A stretch of DNA of 64,000 nucleotides from Ascidiella aspersa. Lineage: Eukaryota. The stretch is taken from positions 32,674,001 to 32,738,000 of the forward strand of contig OZ004609.1 in the NCBI GenBank assembly GCA_963924565.1, given 5' to 3'. Positions 62,101 through 64,000 of the stretch are shown here, piece after piece (position 1 is the first letter of the stretch; every line of letters starts with the position of its first letter). A model generated the notes under the pieces. That model worked only from the letters and a program-made list of their open reading frames with translations. It did not search any database and was not told the DNA's origin. A program made the position numbers and the translations under genes.

Positions 62101-63830
62101 TAAAGATTAAACGGTAAGCATACATTATTTTATGTTCACACTGTTTTTTTAAAGGGCAAAAAGTAGGGTTTTTAATCACTTATACATTTTGCAACACTTC
62201 TTATTTAGTAGATAAAATGGGTATGGTATTTATTTTTTGGCGTCCAAAAATCGTTGCCACTTGCTATTATAAAGTTTAAGAGGATGCCGTTATTAAAAGT
62301 CATAAGTTGGCTATTTAAAAACCATTAGAAGTTATGCACCACAACTGAGTGTAGTTAATCCATTTGACAGCTGTCAAGTGAAGATGATTGTACAAAAGTT
62401 CTCAGCCTACCCGAGGAAAGCAGTCGGGTTACATTTTCCTGTTGGACAAAGTTCTCACAGTATATAAACTGTTGCTACCAGGCATGGTAATATCAATCAA
62501 AAACAGCTCCTCTGGTAATTGTAATTGTTAACCAACGTTTTCGGACACTGAAGTGTCATTCACCCTGACGAAGGCGGCTTGTATAGGTTGCCGAAACGTT
62601 GGTTAACAATTACAATTACCAGAGGAGCTGTTTTTGATTTATAAAGTTTTCACAGCTCGGGTTGTGGATAATATCTAACCTTGACAAGTGCGACGTCGAA
62701 CCAGTCTTTATCGGGTTGGTTTGTGAAGCGGTCGGCGATCACACGATGACATTCGTGGTTCCAAAGACCCAGAAGCACTTCCTCGCTCACACAAGTGTCC
62801 TTGTTCACCACCAAGATGCCCTGGGAGTGAAATGGAACTTGGTGGTTAATGCAAAGTTGGTTTATCGAAAGGTGCCCATTGCAGTGATGCATTGGGGGTG
62901 CGGTTTTTGAAGTTATGACAGTCGAGAGCAATATAGCACTATACATGTTGGAAGCGGACTAATATTTGTGATTTCACTATAGACTTCACCATAGAAGCCA
63001 AGTCAAAAACTTTTTGGTACAACTTTTTTCTCTTAGATATTAAAACATAAAAAGAAATATTTACAAAACACCACGGACGGTTAAAAAAATAAAAAAAATG
63101 TTTATCGATTGAAATGTTTTTTTCTTTTTATTCACGTTAGTCGTTTTTTTGTTTACTGTTTAACCAAACCGACGAACAACCCGAAGTTGTCCGATATTCA
63201 GTGTTGTAAACAAGTTTTTTTTAAATGACTTAAGTCGTAGTCAAGTCATTCGTAAAATAACTTAAATCCAAGTCAAGTCTTTTTGAAGAAATAACAAGTC
63301 AAGTCCCAGTCTCATCATCGGTTTTTGAAGGAAAGTCCCAGTGAAATCATGATTAGAGCAAGTCAATTTCACGACAAGTCCTTGTCATAAAAATAAAACT
63401 TTAAACTATTAAAACTGATAAACTCGTCCAATTATGAGCAATAACTCATTTAAAAACTAACATAAACGCAAAATATAGCAAGCAAATTGTTTTATGAGTA
63501 CAAATTAATAAATAATTGCTCAATGAAAACACTTATTTTAACCCACGTCTTTGTCCAATTAACTTAAGTCAAGTCATTTCGCTAAAAAGACATTTGAAAA
63601 CGGTGACTTAAGGGCACTCAAGTCAAGTCACTGACTTAAGTCATCACAACGCTGTAAATTACAGAGTTGTTAAGGCAGAACAAGACGTGTAGTTATACCT
63701 GCCAGATCCTACTGAGATCTCGGAGGTTGAAGATGTAATGGAACTTGGCCGGGGTGGGGAGCATCTTCACTTTGGTGCTCTGCCACAACTGACGTGTTAG
63801 CGCCACCAGGCGGGGAGCAAGGGTGACCAC
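34993..63830 (-). CDS. DNAH5: Axonemal outer-arm dynein heavy chain (DNAH5/DNAH8-like), 3' 35 exons; gene continues beyond the window
   Basis: Exons: 63830-63699, 62820-62680, 61985-61895, 61565-61417, 60830-60639, 60116-60000, 59426-59222, 58418-58288, 57803-57676, 57162-57012, 56489-56313, 55195-54980, 54110-53943, 53181-52963, 52103-51927, 51263-51069, 50528-50373, 49545-49363, 48765-48619, 47922-47758, 47127-47009, 46259-46141, 45750-45611, 44955-44824, 44028-43857, 43331-43192, 42448-42284, 41481-41287, 40450-40300, 39748-39630, 38920-38771, 37599-37387, 36622-36494, 36137-35999, 35297-34993. Motifs: [24 protein letters not shown]4 GVGGSGKQS, stalk/MTBD, AAA5 [12 protein letters not shown]6 SMGQGQE, C-terminal [18 protein letters not shown]5 vs DNAH8 orthology cannot be resolved by eye. 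Confidence 0.93.
37825..38030. mobile_element. hAT/Charlie-like MITE nested in a foldback element
   Basis: TIRs CAGTGTTTTTCAACC / GGTTGAAAACCACTG. TSD CTCTAGAC / TTCTAGAC (NTCTAGAN target). Contains a short internal tandem duplication. Confidence 0.9.
38205..38272 (+). other. tRNA-derived SINE-like head (not an intact tRNA)
   Basis: GCCTGTGTAGCTCAGTCGGTAGAGCG (A box / D arm) ... GGTGAGTTCGAACCT (B box / T arm). The acceptor and anticodon stems are poor. Confidence 0.7.
40807..40960 (-). mobile_element. Family A foldback element carrying a hammerhead (Penelope-like pLTR derivative)
   Basis: Inverted arms TTGATAATAAATTGCAAAGCCAAA (40807-30) and TTTGGCTTTGCAATTTATTATCAA (40901-24) enclose the ribozyme. 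Homologous copies lie at ~451-577, ~44088-44308 and ~47588-47718. Confidence 0.7.
40858..40899 (-). ncRNA. Minimal type I hammerhead ribozyme motif (family A), intact
   Basis: The minus strand reads AUUAA-CUGAAGA-U-GAUAC(AAACUC)GUAUC-GAAAC-GUC-UUAAU: a 5-bp stem I, a 5-bp stem II, a palindromic ACGU stem III and a GUC cleavage triplet. Confidence 0.8.
41037..41080 (-). ncRNA. Minimal type I hammerhead ribozyme motif (family C)
   Basis: The minus strand reads UUUUUAAC-CUGAUGA-A-GCAC(GGUU)GUGC-GAAAG-CUU-GUCGAGAA: a perfect 4-bp stem II, palindromic AAGCUU, and an imperfect stem I. Confidence 0.7.
44088..44308 (-). mobile_element. Family A foldback element; hammerhead disrupted by a small insertion in stem II
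   Basis: ~65-bp imperfect inverted arms. The core reads CTGAAGATGATACAAG...[insertion]...ATCGAAATGTCTTAATC on the minus strand. Confidence 0.7.
47588..47718 (-). mobile_element. Family A foldback element, internally deleted (only the GAAAAC-GUC half of the ribozyme remains)
   Basis: Same arm sequence (tgcacggatctgtaatgtagcttgataat...gccaaaa..gtcgagtagatcgacatcatcttgattaagacg) plus a short inverted arm ttttggctttgcaac. Confidence 0.65.
49870..50362. repeat. Local intronic direct duplications (~105 bp and ~50 bp)
   Basis: 49870-49975 matches 50203-50305, and 50149-50200 matches 50311-50363. Confidence 0.85.
55980..56263. mobile_element. hAT-type MITE
   Basis: TIRs CAGCGGTTCTCAACC / GGTTGAGAACCACTG. 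Perfect 8-bp TSD TACTAACT. Confidence 0.92.
57905..58046. mobile_element. Short palindromic MITE (GTAGTAAGAATATCAAAGC ends); other copies at ~36268-36426 and ~44575-44742
   Basis: TTAGACGTGGTAGGAATATCAAAGC ... GCTTTGATATTCTTACTACGTCTAA. The same termini recur in two other dynein introns. Confidence 0.8.
62468..62639 (+). mobile_element. Family B foldback element carrying a hammerhead
   Basis: Near-perfect ~50-bp inverted repeat, 62495-62544 vs 62591-62639. A relative lacking the ribozyme loop lies at ~7226-7325. Confidence 0.7.
62559..62606 (+). ncRNA. Minimal type I hammerhead ribozyme motif (family B)
   Basis: UUCACC-CUGACGA-A-GGCGGCUU(GUAU)AGGUUGCC-GAAAC-GUU-GGUUAA: an 8-bp stem II (with G-U pairs), palindromic AACGUU, and stem I ACC/GGU. 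Confidence 0.75.
63199..63654. mobile_element. MITE with AAGTC/GACTT subterminal repeats
   Basis: Ends CAGTGTTGT / ACAACGCTG with many CAAGTC units. No clear TSD. Confidence 0.65.
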
Positions 63831-64000
63831 CTGCGCAGAACAATCAAGTTAGAAGAAAAATGTCAGAAAAATTATAAAAGATAGATATATAATGGTTGGC
63901 GAGTACCGTACTAAGACCATACGAGATTGAGCGGTTTCTTTCCGGTTTTTACGAATAGTTTTGCTAAATAAGGTTTGTGTCATTGGCTAAGTGATGTTTT

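Noticed and set aside
34877-62946. Plus-strand and alternative-frame ORFs overlapping dynein exons
   Set aside because: Antisense or frame shadows of coding exons extended into introns.

Overview
This is eukaryotic, intron-rich, AT-rich animal DNA, not prokaryotic. An invertebrate deuterostome such as a tunicate is plausible, but that is inference only. Genes: the terminal exon of a TPR-like protein (+, ~3.1-3.9 kb); a 2-exon ZIP/SLC39 subfamily II metal transporter (-); an 8-exon PDCD2-like gene (-); an intronless, C-terminally extended stathmin-like gene (-); and the 3' 35 exons of an axonemal outer-arm dynein heavy chain (DNAH5/8-like, -, running off the right edge). A complete, very young Gmr1-type Ty3/gypsy LTR retrotransposon (18756-23950) has PR-IN-RT-RH order, a SCAN-like gag, LTRs differing at 1 of 425 nt and a GACTC TSD. 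It carries a 5' frameshift and an in-frame TAA just before YVDD. Non-coding DNA holds many hAT-type MITEs, foldback elements and a 28 x 19-bp minisatellite. The most unusual signal is at least three distinct families of small non-coding elements carrying minimal type I hammerhead ribozyme cores (CUGANGA-stem II-GAAA-palindromic stem III). Two of these families place the ribozyme in the loop of a long inverted repeat, and several copies lie sense-oriented in dynein introns. They look like non-autonomous Penelope-like pLTR or retrozyme-type elements.
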